The position numbers were made by a program, and so were the translations under genes. Under the pieces are notes generated by a model. It saw only the letters and a list, made by a program, of their open reading frames with translations. It was not told the DNA's origin and ran no database searches. A stretch of 64,000 bases of DNA. It comes from Octopus sinensis. Its lineage: Eukaryota. Shown piece after piece: positions 51,471 to 64,000 of this stretch (positions within the stretch are counted from its first letter, which is position 1; every line of letters starts with the position of its first letter). Where the stretch lies: the NCBI RefSeq assembly GCF_006345805.1, contig NC_043003.1, forward strand, positions 113,212,001 through 113,276,000, in the 5' to 3' direction.

Positions 51471-51538
51471 CCAAGATAAAACTCTGAGTTTCGGATGCCG
51501 AGGTGGAAATCCACACCACCATCTCTTCAGTTATCTGG
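51471..51538 (-). ncRNA. Type I hammerhead-like motif, a separate family
   Basis: Minus strand CCAGATAA-CTGAAGA-GATG..GTGG(ATTT)CCAC..CATC-C-GAAA-CTCAGAG-TT-TTATCTTGG; stem I AGATAA/TTATCT; GUU triplet; one unpaired C at the base of stem II. Confidence 0.65.
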
Positions 51539-51746
51539 CCATCCAGCCAGATGTTATATTTAACGGTTTTTCATCGCATCTGTTGCCATTAATAGCCGAT
51601 GAGAATGTATCGTAGCTCTTCGCCCCGACATTCGAAACTCTGAGTACTATAATGACAACCTTTTACTGTTTGTTCTTAATTATTGTTATTGTTATTGTCG
51701 ACATAATCGAATAGAAGCTTTTATTTGCATATTCAACACGTTTCCC

Positions 51747-51761
51747 ATAAACGAACTTAAA

Positions 51762-51813
<52 letters not shown>

Positions 51814-51825
51814 TTTAAGTTCGTT

Positions 51826-51828
<3 letters not shown>
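51747..51828. repeat. 82-bp perfect palindrome centred on (TA)23
   Basis: ATAAACGAACTTAAAAGA-(TA)n-TCTTTTAAGTTCGTTTAT. Confidence 0.9.
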
Positions 51829-51859
<31 letters not shown>

Positions 51860-52395
51860 AATTGACAGACTGAGATACAATCCAAGGCTGTAAATGCCTC
51901 ACACTCTTTTACTCCTTACCCTCTCATCTCTTCCTTTCTCTCCCTCCTCTCACCTCTCCCTTCCTCCTATCACTTTATCCTGACCACTAACTAACACCCC
52001 TCCTCTCATTTCATTTCGTTCCATCTTCATTTCTTTTTTGTCTCCCTCCCTTTTTTCTTTTTTCTTCTTCCTCCCATTCTCTTTCTGTTTTTGATTTCTC
52101 CTCCTCTTTCTAATCATACAAATCTCACCTCCCTCCAACTATCCACTAATATTACAAACACATTCCCTGTTTACAAGGCTCTATGCTTGGAATGACCAAA
52201 TATAACTACCATTGGAACTCACACACAAGGTACAGAAAATTCTTCACCACTTATACACACCATTCTACATGAATAATGAAACTCCAAATAAAATATCCTG
52301 ATGCATCTCACATCTATTTTCATTCTGTATTTCATATCTTCTCTGTACTTTGTATCTTCTCTACAATAATTAATATTCAAATATTTTCTCGCACC

Positions 52396-52443
52396 GTCTC
52401 CGATGAAGGGATATATAAAATATCCGGGAAACAGCTGTAAGAC
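52396..52443 (+). ncRNA. Minimal type I hammerhead-like motif, homolog of 24167
   Basis: GTCT-CCGATGA-AGGGATA(TATAAAA)TATCCGG-GAAA-CAGCTG-TA-AGAC. Confidence 0.6.
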
Positions 52444-52514
52444 CTTTTCTTTTGGATTTTTATCTCATTCATTCAATTTATATATATGCACGCTAATACG
52501 TGATGCATATACTC

Positions 52515-52520
52515 AGATAA

Positions 52521-52602
<82 letters not shown>

Positions 52603-52653
52603 GGATGGATAGGTTGACCGATTGAAAGATATATAGATAGATAGCTTGAAAGA

Positions 52654-52689
<36 letters not shown>

Positions 52690-52770
52690 TAGATAGATAG
52701 ATAGATAGATTAATAGATTGATATATATAGATAGATAGATAGACAAACAGATAGAAAGATAGATAGAGCG
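52515..52770. repeat. (GATA)n microsatellite
   Basis: Direct repeat. Confidence 0.95.
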
Positions 52771-53539
52771 GTATACCCTGGCTTCTCCTCCTCCCGTTCA
52801 GTTCACACCCAAAATGTAGTTTCTTTAACACCGACATCTCTCGATTAAAGACTGAACTTGATATATGCTAATAGTGAAGTCAACTTTTCTTTCTCAATGC
52901 AAATTAAATTTGAAAGAGATCGTTTCAAACCCCAGATATGCTAATGTATAGCGTGTATATAGGTAAGATATACAGCCATGTTTTTTTTATAGATGCTACA
53001 TTGATCTTTTCATAAGAACTAATAAACTTTTTTCCTCCGTTAAAGAACAAAAATATTTTGCATTTGTATATTGAAGATGTTCGTCTGGCCATTATACAAT
53101 ATAAGATTGGAACCCTACATCTAAGTATATTGACCTTTAATAAAACAAAGGTCTGCTGTAACCACTTGAGTCGTAGCCTCAGTTCTAGACCTCATATTTA
53201 AATTTTGAAATTAATCGTTTCTATCTAAGCGAAAAAAAAAATCATCAAATAACGGTTCTAATTGAAAGGTCATATCAAGATGACCTACAATCGAAAAGAA
53301 GTGTTTGGAAGAAGCAACACTTTTAGTATATAATATTTACTGAAATTATAATTGGAATTTCAAGTGGCATTTTGAGATTCACAGAATCTGGTTTATATAA
53401 ATCTATATTCTAAATTCTTGTACGAAACAATATTGCTGGGATTACGGGAATGAACGAAAAATGGCATTTACTGATTCGTTTTCAAGGCGATAGTATTTCT
53501 TAAATATTCAATGTTAACCCACCTCTATTATATATATAT

Positions 53540-53647
<108 letters not shown>

Positions 53648-53653
53648 ATATAT

Positions 53654-53751
53654 GGGCGGGGGACAATGGCCCAGTGATTAGGCCGCGGTCTCGCGGTCGT
53701 AGGATTGCGGTTTCGATACCCAGACCGGGCGTTCTGAGGGTTTATTGAGCA
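53654..53751 (+). mobile_element. SINE family E/B head, 3'-truncated
   Basis: CAATGGCCCAGTG..GGTTTCGATACCCAGACCGGGCG..TTTATTGAGC. Confidence 0.75.
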
Positions 53752-53754
53752 GGT

Positions 53755-53900
53755 TTCCTTAATGGCATTCATTTGTCTCATATCATGCTGCCCTTTCACA
53801 ATTAGGGCCATTCGTAGCATCCCTGTGCAGCATCCATTTTGCCCGTTTGACAATTTCTTTGGCAATGTCCATGTTGCATTGCCATCTTGAAGCTCGAAGA
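53755..53900 (-). mobile_element. RTE-clade LINE RT C-terminal fragment
   Basis: Minus strand ATWTLPKKLS...GCCTGMLRMAL resembles the RTE ETWTL..LDGCYTRMLRMAL motif. Confidence 0.6.
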
Positions 53901-53999
53901 GAGAGTATTCTCTACCAAAGTAAGCAAAAGACCAACAGACATGGTATCAAAAGCTGTAAATGAAATTAGAGCGGTGTATTTACAGCGGTGTAATGAACC

Positions 54000-56790
54000 T
54001 CCCATTCTGGCAGATTAACGCCAGTCCATGTGCCATGCATACTAGTGCAAAGCAGTACATGAACGACATTAAGAAAGCGATCTAAACCGAAACAATGAAG
54101 AAAATGCCATCATGGGTTTTGAAGGGAGAAAAAAAGTGCTGATTTACGGAGGACCCCACCAGTCATGTGATGATGCTTATATAGCAAACAAGCAAATCCC
54201 TAAACGTCTCACCAGCAAAAAGTGAAGAAGGAGATAGAAGTGATGTTTGGAGAGGACCGTCAACTGCAATCTGATGACCCTAAAAGCTGTCAGTGAGAAT
54301 CTCCGACATCAGATAAGAATAACCGAAAGGAAAACAATAAAGAAAATATTTAACTGGAACCAGGCAGCAGTGTACAGAAACATGAAAAGAGAAGTAGTAG
54401 ATGTTATAGAAGCTCCTTCGCGAGAAGACAGATTCCTTCTGGAGGAAAATCTAGAGCGGAAACATGGATATTATCCGAGATGGTCTGTGAATGGAAGGAA
54501 TTCGAAGTATTTCTTGACCTTGAATTACACCAGGCGTATAGCGTTGATGGTAATAGCCTTGTAACAGTAAAACAAAAACGTCCAGGATGGAAAAGCATCT
54601 AGAAGAGACTTGATTGTTGGATAATGCTACAAGAAGCAAACTTTCTACCGACCATATCTTATCAACCAGCAAACTCCCATTGAGAATTGTAGCATACCAC
54701 ACTGATTAGCTCTGGCGGAGACAAAACTGATCTCCAAAAGCAGAAACACCCACATGGTAAACACTTATTGGCCAATTGCATGCCAGAACTTAATAAATAA
54801 AATATATACAGCATCTTTAAACCGCTTTCTCTGAGACTATTGCGAAAGTAATGATATCATTAGAGTAAAACAAGCAGCTGGGAAGAAGGGAGTCTGGGGA
54901 TGTTCCGAGCATTTGTTAATAAACAAAACTGTAATGTCAGAGGTGCGGGAACATGGAAGGAACCTAGTTCCAATGTGGCTAGACTACAAGAAAGCCTTTG
55001 ATTCTCTTCCCCACTCATGGATGCTAGAAACTCTTCAACTTGCCAAAGTTCTAGTGAGCATAGTCAAAGCCAGAGCTAACCTGACTTCATCGTGGGCCAT
55101 CATCTTGAAATTAAACACAAGGAGTGATTGTATTATCACTGATAGAATACAGTATTGCAAAGATATATTCCAAGGGAACAGCCTGTCTGTGATGCTGTTT
55201 ATACTTTTTGTAAGCCCTTTGCCATTCCTGCTAAAGAAGACTATTAACGGTATCTCACTGGTTCAGAAGAAACAGAAATACCAAAATCACACACTATTTC
55301 TTTAAGGATGACTTGGAATTATAAAGGATATGGAGTTGGTGTTTGGACAGGATAAATGTTGCTCCATGCTTGGGAAAAGAGGGTAAACTATAAACCAGAC
55401 TAGCAACATCTCCATCAATGAGTTGATTGTTTTCCCCTATATCTGATGAGGAATGTTACAGGTACCTATGGGTGGATGAAAACATGTCTTGCGTTGGCAC
55501 CTTTAACAAAACACGTGTCACTAAAGATTATTGCAGCCAAATAAAGAAAATATAGACTTCGGAACTTTTTGAATTCAATAAAGCAGTGGTCCGCAATGTG
55601 TTTTCAGTAGCAGTACTCATAGCAACATTTGCGCTACTTGACTGGAAGGTTGATGAGATCCTAGACATTGATGTGAAAGCCCGGAAAATACTAACCAGCA
55701 CACATAATTCCACATTAACCATGATGTAAACTGCATCTACCTAATCGAAAACAAGGGGGCGGTGGTTTAACATCAATCCAGACTGCCTTTGAAATATCAT
55801 GTCATATCCCTTCGGCAACATCTTTTAACCACCAAGTGTCGAAGTGCATCCTTTGACCAAGTTTTCCTACACAAAACAGAGAGCATCATAAGACTTGGAA
55901 AGCGGCTCCTTGGGCATCAGTTCTTGTCTGTTAACCTTGAATATATGCCCTAAGTTGGACGACTCTACCGCAACACATCATCAGATGAAAGAATGAGTGT
56001 ATATAATCAGAAGACCTTGCATGCATATGTTAGCAGAAAGCTCCGGGATGGTGGTAAGAATGTTACTCAAAGCTATCATGGATAAAGAACCGGATTACTA
56101 ACTCCTACTTTGAAGGGTGTGCGCTTGCAATTCAGGTACTGGAATATCAACCAAATAAAATGATACCTGATGCACGAAATGGACTGAGACGCAGGAAAAG
56201 CAGAATAATGTGTGATAACCGATGCAGACCTTGTGAAGTTAACACCAAAGAAATCACCTACATCATAAGCAGTTGTCTGAAAATGTCATCATGGTAATAT
56301 CTACTGATCAGACATGATGTTGCTAAGATACTGTATAATGAGATCCGTTGGAAGGATAGCCCTGAGACGAAAGAAATAAGAACCCACAATATGGTAGAAG
56401 CCAGAGCCACTCACTATAAGAATTAGTACACGTGGAATGTCCCAGTGAAAGCCTCAGTAAAATGTAGACGTAATGAAGCTGAGATTGTGATTTGGTATAA
56501 AGAAGAGAGACGATGTACGAATGTGGAAATCAGCTGCCCAACGGATGTTAACGGCTAAAATTCAGCGAAAAAGAAAATACCTATGCTGAACTATGCTTAC
56601 AGTTGCTCTATCCAAATCACTAGCTCGGGTTTATTCCAGTAATTATTGAGGTACTGTGATATGATACACATTGCCTAAGTACCAATCTTGAGAAATTAGG
56701 TTTCCCAAAACCAAAAAGGAGAAAGCTGATTCGAAGACGACAGATCCAATTCATCACTGGAACTGTAAGAAAAGATTAAAACCCGCGAGT
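54000..56790 (+). mobile_element. R4/Dong-like LINE, third family, ~2.8 kb, heavily decayed
   Basis: KQAAGKKGVWGCSEHLLINK, MWLDYKKAFDSLPHSW, IFQGNSLSVMLF; downstream CRPC..HIISSC and RLE-like EIVIW..VEISCPTD..FIPVII. Confidence 0.85.
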
Positions 56791-56929
56791 AAGCACATCA
56801 GTGGGAAGTTGGGGCTGGAATCCACTCAATTTTGAACGCAACACCAGTCTTCGTCTTCGGAAATATTGTTTCCTCAGCTGTGCTTACATCTCCTTCGTTG
56901 GCCAGCTACCAAAATCCTTCAGCAAACAG

Positions 56930-57335
56930 AATCATTAGCACGCTGGGGAAAAATCTTAACGGCATTTCGCCAGTATTTACACTCTGATTTCAAATTCTGC
57001 CGAGGTCGACCTTGTCTTTCATTCTGCTGAGGTCGATAAAATAAGTACCAGCTGAGCAGTGGGGTCAATGTGACCGACTTACACATCCTTCGAAATTTCT
57101 GGCGTTGTGCTACAATTCGAAAATCATTATTATTGATATTGTTTGTGTTAAGGCGGGCAAAATGCTTAGCGGCATTTCGCTTGAGTTTACCTTCTCAGTT
57201 CCAATTCCGCCGAGGTTATCTTTACCTTTCATCCTTCCGGGGGTCGATAAAATAAATACTAGTTGAGTTCTGGGGGCGATATAATCGACTTAACCCCATC
57301 CCGAAATTGTTGGCTTTCTGCTAAAATTTGAAATC
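56930..57335 (+). mobile_element. Two adjacent older SINE family A copies
   Basis: Core-like AATTC(T/C)GCCGAGGT at ~56993 and ~57203. Confidence 0.75.
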
Positions 57336-58185
57336 ATCATCATCATCATTAGTAGTAGTATTCTCACTTCTTGTATCAATGGTTATTTAATATGTATCTT
57401 TAACATATTTCAAATTATTGTTCAATTACCTACAGTTAATATTTATTTATGTTTGCTTATGTTTTTTTTTTGTTTTTGGTTTTGGCATTTTTCTCTTCAA
57501 TTTTTCAAGTTCTGACATTGATTCTTTCCAGACAAAATGAAATAAAGAAACCATAATTTTTTATTTTTTTATTTTTAACGCGAAGCAATTATTAAGATGA
57601 AACGAATGAAAGAAATATAAAAAATTGTTTGTTCAAGTTGTTCTGTCAAAATAAAACCCATTCGTTATGAAAAGAAATAACTCGAGAGAGAGAAAGATTG
57701 TTTACCAGGCGAATCTGCTTCTCTCTGCAAGATTTTTGATTAATCCTCTTAAATAATTTGATTAACTTTAATTCAATTGAATCCAGTTTAATTGTGCTTA
57801 ATGATTCCTATTTCCCTACTTCCGGTTTTCTGTTAATGTTTTGAATATGGTTTTCCATTTTCTTTTTCTTTTATGATTTTTTGGCCGGTACCTTCTACAT
57901 TTTCTCGCATGAACACCACTCGAGCAGAATTCCCCCATTCCTCTTTCCCCTGTTCGGCAATATTCACTTCTTTTGTTATTTATATTGCCAGAAATTTTTA
58001 CCAGAAGCTTTATAAAATGTGATAACTATTTCCGAAGTCGTCCCCTAGATTGAACATTGTTAGGTCATCTTATTTGGTTATTTACTTATTTACTGATTAG
58101 TAAATTGATCCATTTTAAATGAGTACATTTGTACTCAATTTCTAGGTTTAAAAAATACGATGAGAAAGCATATCTATCTATCTAA

Positions 58186-58189
<4 letters not shown>

Positions 58190-58216
<27 letters not shown>

Positions 58217-58231
58217 CCTACCTCTCTCTCC

Positions 58232-58268
<37 letters not shown>

Positions 58269-58281
58269 CCTATCTCTCTCC

Positions 58282-58341
<60 letters not shown>

Positions 58342-58435
58342 ATCTATCTATCTATATCTATCTCTATCTATCTATCTCTATCTATCTATCTATCTATCTA
58401 TATCTATCTATCTATCCATGTATCTATCTATCCAT
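58190..58435. repeat. (TATC)n microsatellite
   Basis: Direct repeat. Confidence 0.95.
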
Positions 58436-58919
58436 TTTTCTTTCCCCGCCCTTTTTAAAATTTTATTCCCCCCTTTTTTGTCCTCCATCTTTTCCCTTAC
58501 GATCCCTTTTGATCGAAAACCAAACCCATGTTTTTTACCCCCAAAAGAAAAGCTGTAATTTGTCCTGTCTGTGTGCAGCCCTGTGTGGCTAATAAAGAAA
58601 CTTATCTATCTACCTATCTATCTATCTCTTCATAATAAAGAGAATGAACAATTTGAACATTCAAACTTTATGTTTATTTCCAGTTTGTTTTTCATAATAA
58701 TTGTCCGACACCTGCTTCGATCACACTAACTGCATTTTGTTGCAAATTTATATGCAGCAATTCATGCATTATTAGTGCGATCTCTTCAGAGCATATAAGT
58801 GTGACACTGTTCGAAGAGGAATATTCCTTCGCTTTTAGTTTGAATTAGGCTTGATAGTAGTAGTAGCAGTAGTAATAGTAGTAGACTATGCTAATGAGTG
58901 TTAATATTATTATCCTCGT

Positions 58920-59003
58920 TTAATTCGGCGAGTTGGCGGAAGCGTTAGTAAACCGGGTAAAATACTTGGAGGCATTTCGTCCGCCTTCCACGTTCTGAGT
59001 TCG
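58920..59003 (+). mobile_element. SINE family A head, truncated at the MITE
   Basis: GGCGAGTTGGCGGAAGCGTTAG..GCATTTCGTCCG..GTTCTGAGTTC. Confidence 0.7.
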
Positions 59004-59009
59004 TTTTTC

Positions 59010-59407
59010 GGATATTTTCGGTTTGAACGGCAGTTTTTTCTAGCGGTGTCATATGAAATTGTCACCCATAATTATGACCCTAATATCGATCTATTGCATT
59101 TCAATCTGTTTTAGGGTTAGGGTGAGTTAGGGTTAAGGGTATCTTTTTTTTTCATAAATGTAAATAAACCTAATCTGTTTCTTAAACGAGGGACATATTC
59201 ATACGGCACAGAATTTTTTTTTACCTCAATAGACGTCAGTAATTGGTTGAAATTGCAGAAATTGAAGAAAAAAAACAACAAATATCTTACAAACTATAGA
59301 ATTTTCTCAATAAAGCCAAGAGAAAAAGATGTTTTATAAACACATTCTACAAGTATACGAAGTTTAAATTTTTTATTTACCTAGTTAAAAACTGCCGTTC
59401 AAACCGA
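59010..59407 (-). mobile_element. GGATC-TIR MITE, copy 4, right TIR clipped
   Basis: Left TIR GGATATTTTCGGTTTGAACGGCAG; right end stops at AAACCGA next to a SINE; internal TTAGGGTTAGGGTGAGTTAGGG. Confidence 0.88.
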
Positions 59408-59411
59408 CTCA

Positions 59412-59698
59412 TAAGTTTCCTGGCTCATAAGGGCCGGTTTCCCGGTTTCTTGGCGTATAGGTTCCCCACCTGGACGGGACTCCGGTCCGTCGCAGGTGAG
59501 TTGCAAGATGCAGGAGGTAAGAGTGAGAGAAAGTTTAGGCGAAAGAATCAGCAGAAGTTTCGCCATTACCTTCTGCCGGAGCCGCGTGGAGCTTAGGTGT
59601 TTCGCTCATAAACACACACATCGTCCGGTCTGAGATTCGAACCGGCGATCCCTCTACCGCGATTCCGCTGCTCTAACCGCTAAGCCATGTGCCTCCAC
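59412..59698 (-). mobile_element. SINE family B
   Basis: Reverse complement of the 41260 copy. Confidence 0.88.
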
Positions 59699-60094
59699 TA
59701 CCACCACCATGCCAATAAGAATAAATAATGTTGGCAATAACGAGGGATATTAACAGCAACGGTAGCAGCGGTGAAGCCATAAAGAAAAAGTTTTCTTGTG
59801 CCATGATCACAAATGTGTTCTAAATCATCGCACTGGTCTGTAAGCATGAGAACTGAAAACAGATGAAGGAATTTATTGAGAGACTTGAACAGAGAAGATT
59901 TATGTTCACTTATTATGCGCCAGCATCTTTTGGACGGAACAGAAAGAAGACAATTCTGTAAACTTGTCAACGGAAAGACACAAATTAGAGGGTATAACTT
60001 CAGACTAAGTTGAATTCTGTTTAAAGAATATATAGCAACACATCCATTTTGTGAGATATGCTCGTAATTTTAGTCACATCCAAGTTATTTTCTA

Positions 60095-60520
60095 GGATCT
60101 TTTCGGTTTGAACGGCAGTTTTTAACATAATTTCTAGGTAACTAAAAAATTTTAAACTTCGTATACTGGTAGAATGTGTTTATAAAACATCTTTTTCTCT
60201 TGGCTTTATTGAGAAAATTCTATGGTTTGTAAGATATTTGTTGTTTTTTCTTCAATTTCTGATATTTCAACCAATCAATGACGTGTATTGAGGTAAACAA
60301 CATTCTGTGCCGTATGAATATGTCCCTCGTTTAAGAAACAGATTGGGTTTATTTACATTTGTGAAGAAAAAAAAGATACCCTTCCCCCCACCCCTAACCC
60401 TAACTAACCCTAACCCTAAAAGAGATTGAAATGCAATAGATCGATACTATGGTCATAATTATAGGTGACAATTTCATATGACACCGCTAGAAAAAAATGC
60501 CGTTCAAACCGAAAAGATCC
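60095..60520 (+). mobile_element. GGATC-TIR MITE, copy 5, with 8-bp TSD
   Basis: TSD ATTTTCTA at 60087-60094 and 60521-60528; internal CCCTAACCCTAACTAACCCTAACCCTAA. Confidence 0.93.
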
Positions 60521-62289
60521 ATTTTCTATTCAGAAACCCTAACCCAGAAGCACTCAACTGTCCCCACGAAGAGTTGAAGATTGCATAATGCCTATATACT
60601 TGGGACAGAAAATTATCCGAGTAAAAATCAGCAAAAATACCATTGGAACTAGATTTCTGGCGGGTGATTAAGTGTGTAGTTTTGGAAGAGATTTGTACAA
60701 TGCCAGGAATATAAAGATGCGGAAAAAAGTTATGTTGGGACAGGGTTCGAGAAGTTGATTCAGGTAAAATTTGAGAGGAAATCGCCGGCCTGATGGCGAT
60801 CCCAGGAGGGTAGCAATAGGAGGCGGTAGTGAAAAGTAGATCTCGATGTTACAATTCTGGAAACACTAATTACCTCACGGCCTTCTGCAAACAACAACAA
60901 CAACAACAACAACAGAGATTGACAGCTGAAAGTAGCCTCAAACACTATTGCCAGCATCACAAATTCAACATCACCAACAATATCAGCAATAACAGCACAA
61001 ACAACCATCCGCAGTATGCCATAGCAGCAACAGTGAGTATACCACGAGCTCCAAGGATAAAGGCAACATAAAAGTACAGAAGAAACACTTATCGAAAGAG
61101 GCACTTCATCACCAACAACAGCTGCAAGTGACCATTGCCCCACACCAAAAACAATAAACAAAATACAATCATAATGCCTCCGCACCCAAGACATGCCACT
61201 CCTCGTTTAGAACCACTCAGACATGTCTTGTGTTGACGGGGACGGTAAGGATCTTGAATCGCAAAAAGGTATCCATGCAAAGAAAAGAAAAAGAAACGAA
61301 AACAACTAATGGATAAAAACAAATAAGTAACACTATCCCTAACAACATCTACGCCAGTACTGTCAACAGTATCACCACCTTGACCACTCTCAAGGACATT
61401 ACCATTACAAACATAACCTAATTCATACATATAGCAGACAGATCATGCACCCCAACTCAAACAAAAATTAAATTAGCTACTCGGCCGTAAACACAAACAA
61501 TAAAGAGCTAGTAGGCACCATATACCAACATACATCTCACACAATAACGACGCATCATATTGACTAATAGTAATCCAGCACGCAATAAAATCAACTAAAT
61601 AGCTTTAGAAAATACATGCTGCGACGGAGGAGACGTTTGCACATCATTAAAAGTCTATACGAAGAACTGCTAACGGAAACACCTACGGTCACCATGGGGA
61701 CGAAGTATCTGTATTTTCATGGGAATAACCTAAGTGATCCTTTCTCACTTTCTCGTACTCAAAACAGGCAGTGTGAATGCACGTGGCCAGGAGTGATTTT
61801 GGTAGCAGGTCCAAAAACCTCAGAGCACGAAATATATAAATGTGGTAGTTAAACGCCTCAAGCTGGAACGTTGGATGCGCCATTCCTGTCGACTCTTCTA
61901 CACTCTTCCATTTTCTTACGTTTCTCTCACAGAACATATACGTCTTTGCCGACGAAAACCATCACCAGCTTCATCGAATTCTCTTTTAACTGATATACGT
62001 GTATGTGTATGTATGAATACACACATACACACACACACATGTGTATATATGAAACAAGTGGGTCAGATCCCTTCCGCTAGTCTATCCTGTCGTATATGTT
62101 TCATAATATTGTTATTTTTGCTAAATATGAGGGGTTTTCCGCCCTCTTCCGGTTCTCCTGTAAAGTTATTTTTTGCGTTTGATTTTTGCTTGCAACTATT
62201 CAACGTATCATTTATTGTGACTCCAGTTACCCCTCGCCCCACTGCTTGTACCAAAGTTAGATTCTCTATGTGAGGTTATATTTCTTCGG

Positions 62290-63425
62290 TCCCTGAGTCG
62301 ACCTGTGAAGTATGGAATTTATGAAGTAGTTGGCAAGAACTGGTCATGTATTGATGCAGCTATTAAGATGGCTATTCGACGATGTGACTCATGTGGCGAA
62401 CATCAAAACAAGCCATCCAAGCCTGTGGTTCACCCATGCATGCTATCAGAGAAACGATGGAGCCGCTTACACATGGCTCTTGCCATCAACTTCATGGGTA
62501 CAAACTGGCTAGTGATCACAGACACTTCCTCACGATATCCATCAATTCATTCAACGTCATCATGTCCACTAGATCTGCTGGATGAGGTTATCACTAATTT
62601 CCGATATCTTCACACGCTGGTCACAGATAATGCATCAACTTTCTTTTCTGAAGAAGTTCAGAGCTGGGGCAAAGAACATGGGACCACACACCTAACAGGT
62701 GCACCATACTATCCAACTTTTAACGGATCAGCAGAACGTTTAGTGCAATTATTCAAGCAAGCTCTGAGAAAATCTTCTCTGCCCCTAAAACAAGCTCTTC
62801 AGGAGTTTTTAATGCAGTACCAGAGAACGCTGACATCCTGTGGACTCTCTCCAGGCGAACTCTTGATGTCCCGGCAGATTCGGACTAGGAGTGGCTCTCT
62901 TCTGCCCCCTCCAGAACACACAGCTCAGGACAAACAAATCCAAGGTGTCATCAAAGGCGGAGATGACAAGTGACTCAGGAGGTGTCGCCAAAGTAACCAA
63001 ACAGTACAAGAATGATTATCCTGTATATGCACTGTACTATGGACATCGCCGTAACAAGTAACCCCAGTGGGTAGCAGCAGTCGTCACGAAGTTATTGAGT
63101 ACTTGCTTCTTCAATGTCAAGGTCTTTCCTCATGGCCCAGTATGGAGGCGACACTGGGAACAGCTACGTCAGCGCTACGCTTCTGTGGATGACTGTGAAG
63201 CTGGAAATGAGATGAAAAATATTTCTGAGCATCCAGTTGATCATCCAGTGCAGACCCTAGAAGTGCCTCAAACTCAGAGACAGACTAGAGCACTTCTGCC
63301 CAAGACCAAACTGCCTTTACCAGTGTATGGACCGGACAACCGTAGACGATCCAAGAAAACACCCGAGCATAGAGAGAGACTTTATTATTGATGCTTTCAG
63401 TGTAGCGTCAGTTCCGGTGGGAAGG
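62290..63425 (+). mobile_element. Ty3/Gypsy LTR retrotransposon integrase remnant with polypurine tract
   Basis: ORF 62305-62973: CDSC zinc-binding end, WSRLH, TLVTDNASTFFSEE, APYYPTFNGSAERLVQLFKQAL, SPGELLMSRQIRT; downstream GPVWRRHWEQLR; PPT GGGAAGG ending 63425. Confidence 0.9.
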
Positions 63426-63560
63426 TGTTGTGGAGGTAGCTAGCATCTAAATCTGTCCAATGAAAATTGCTGGCATGCAATCTGTCCAATAGAATCAAAT
63501 GGAAAGTAGCAGAATTCTTTTGAATGTTCTAATGGCTTATCACTTTATAAGCAGAGCTGG
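63426..63560 (+). mobile_element. Probable start of the 3' LTR
   Basis: TGTTG immediately follows the PPT; right boundary not determinable. Confidence 0.45.
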
Positions 63561-64000
63561 TAGAGGGATGTTTCTCCTTTTTGCCTTTTTCTTTTCTCAT
63601 TATACACTGTTTGAGAGAGATAATAAGCCTCACTATTTCTACGTGCATAAACTTAGGTATGTGTGAATGATTTAAAACGCCACTTCCAAACCATTTGATA
63701 TATATAAATCCATGCATGTATGTATAATATATTTTGTTTTATGTATTTTCATGCATATAGTTGCATATCTAGACATTCTCATATCTACTTAAAAGATAAA
63801 CTGCTGGAAAGGTTTACAGTTCCAGTGATGATTTGAATCTATAGTCTTTGAATCAGCTTTCTCCCTTCTGATTTTGAGAAGGCTAATTTCTCAAGATTGG
63901 TATTTAGGCAGTGTGTTACATAACTCAGTGCCCCAATAATTACAGGTATAAACTTGAACTTGTAATCTGGATAGAGTAACTACAGATTTCTCAATAGTGC

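Noticed and set aside
55443-55492. CTGATGA...GAAA hammerhead-like spacing
   Set aside because: Lies within R4 LINE coding sequence; stems II and III do not pair correctly and U16.1 is missing
60380-60420. True telomere or chromosome-fusion site
   Set aside because: The CCCTAA runs are short and internal to a dispersed MITE

Overview
Eukaryotic, AT-rich, repeat-saturated genomic DNA. The SINE families and (TA)n/(TATG)n density resemble octopus/cephalopod genomes; this is inferred from recalled repeat sequences, not from a search. No intact host gene is evident: one weak 63-bp candidate exon sits at 12743-12805 (-). Most six-frame ORFs are microsatellite read-throughs or pieces of decayed transposons. 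Recognisable elements: at least five tRNA-head SINE families, several with clear target-site duplications (TSDs); decayed R4/Dong-like (RLE), Tx1/L1, CR1 and RTE LINE fragments; mariner, piggyBac and Gypsy integrase remnants; and four non-autonomous inverted-repeat families, including a ~410-bp MITE with GG termini, 8-bp TSDs and internal TTAGGG repeats. The main find is a ~424-bp tandem repeat at 27369-28570. Each unit carries a well-formed type I hammerhead ribozyme fold. The units form a tandem pair plus an inverted block between (TA)n tracts, which is the architecture of a retrozyme or Penelope pseudo-LTR. Three further hammerhead-like motifs from two other families lie at 24167, 51471 and 52396.
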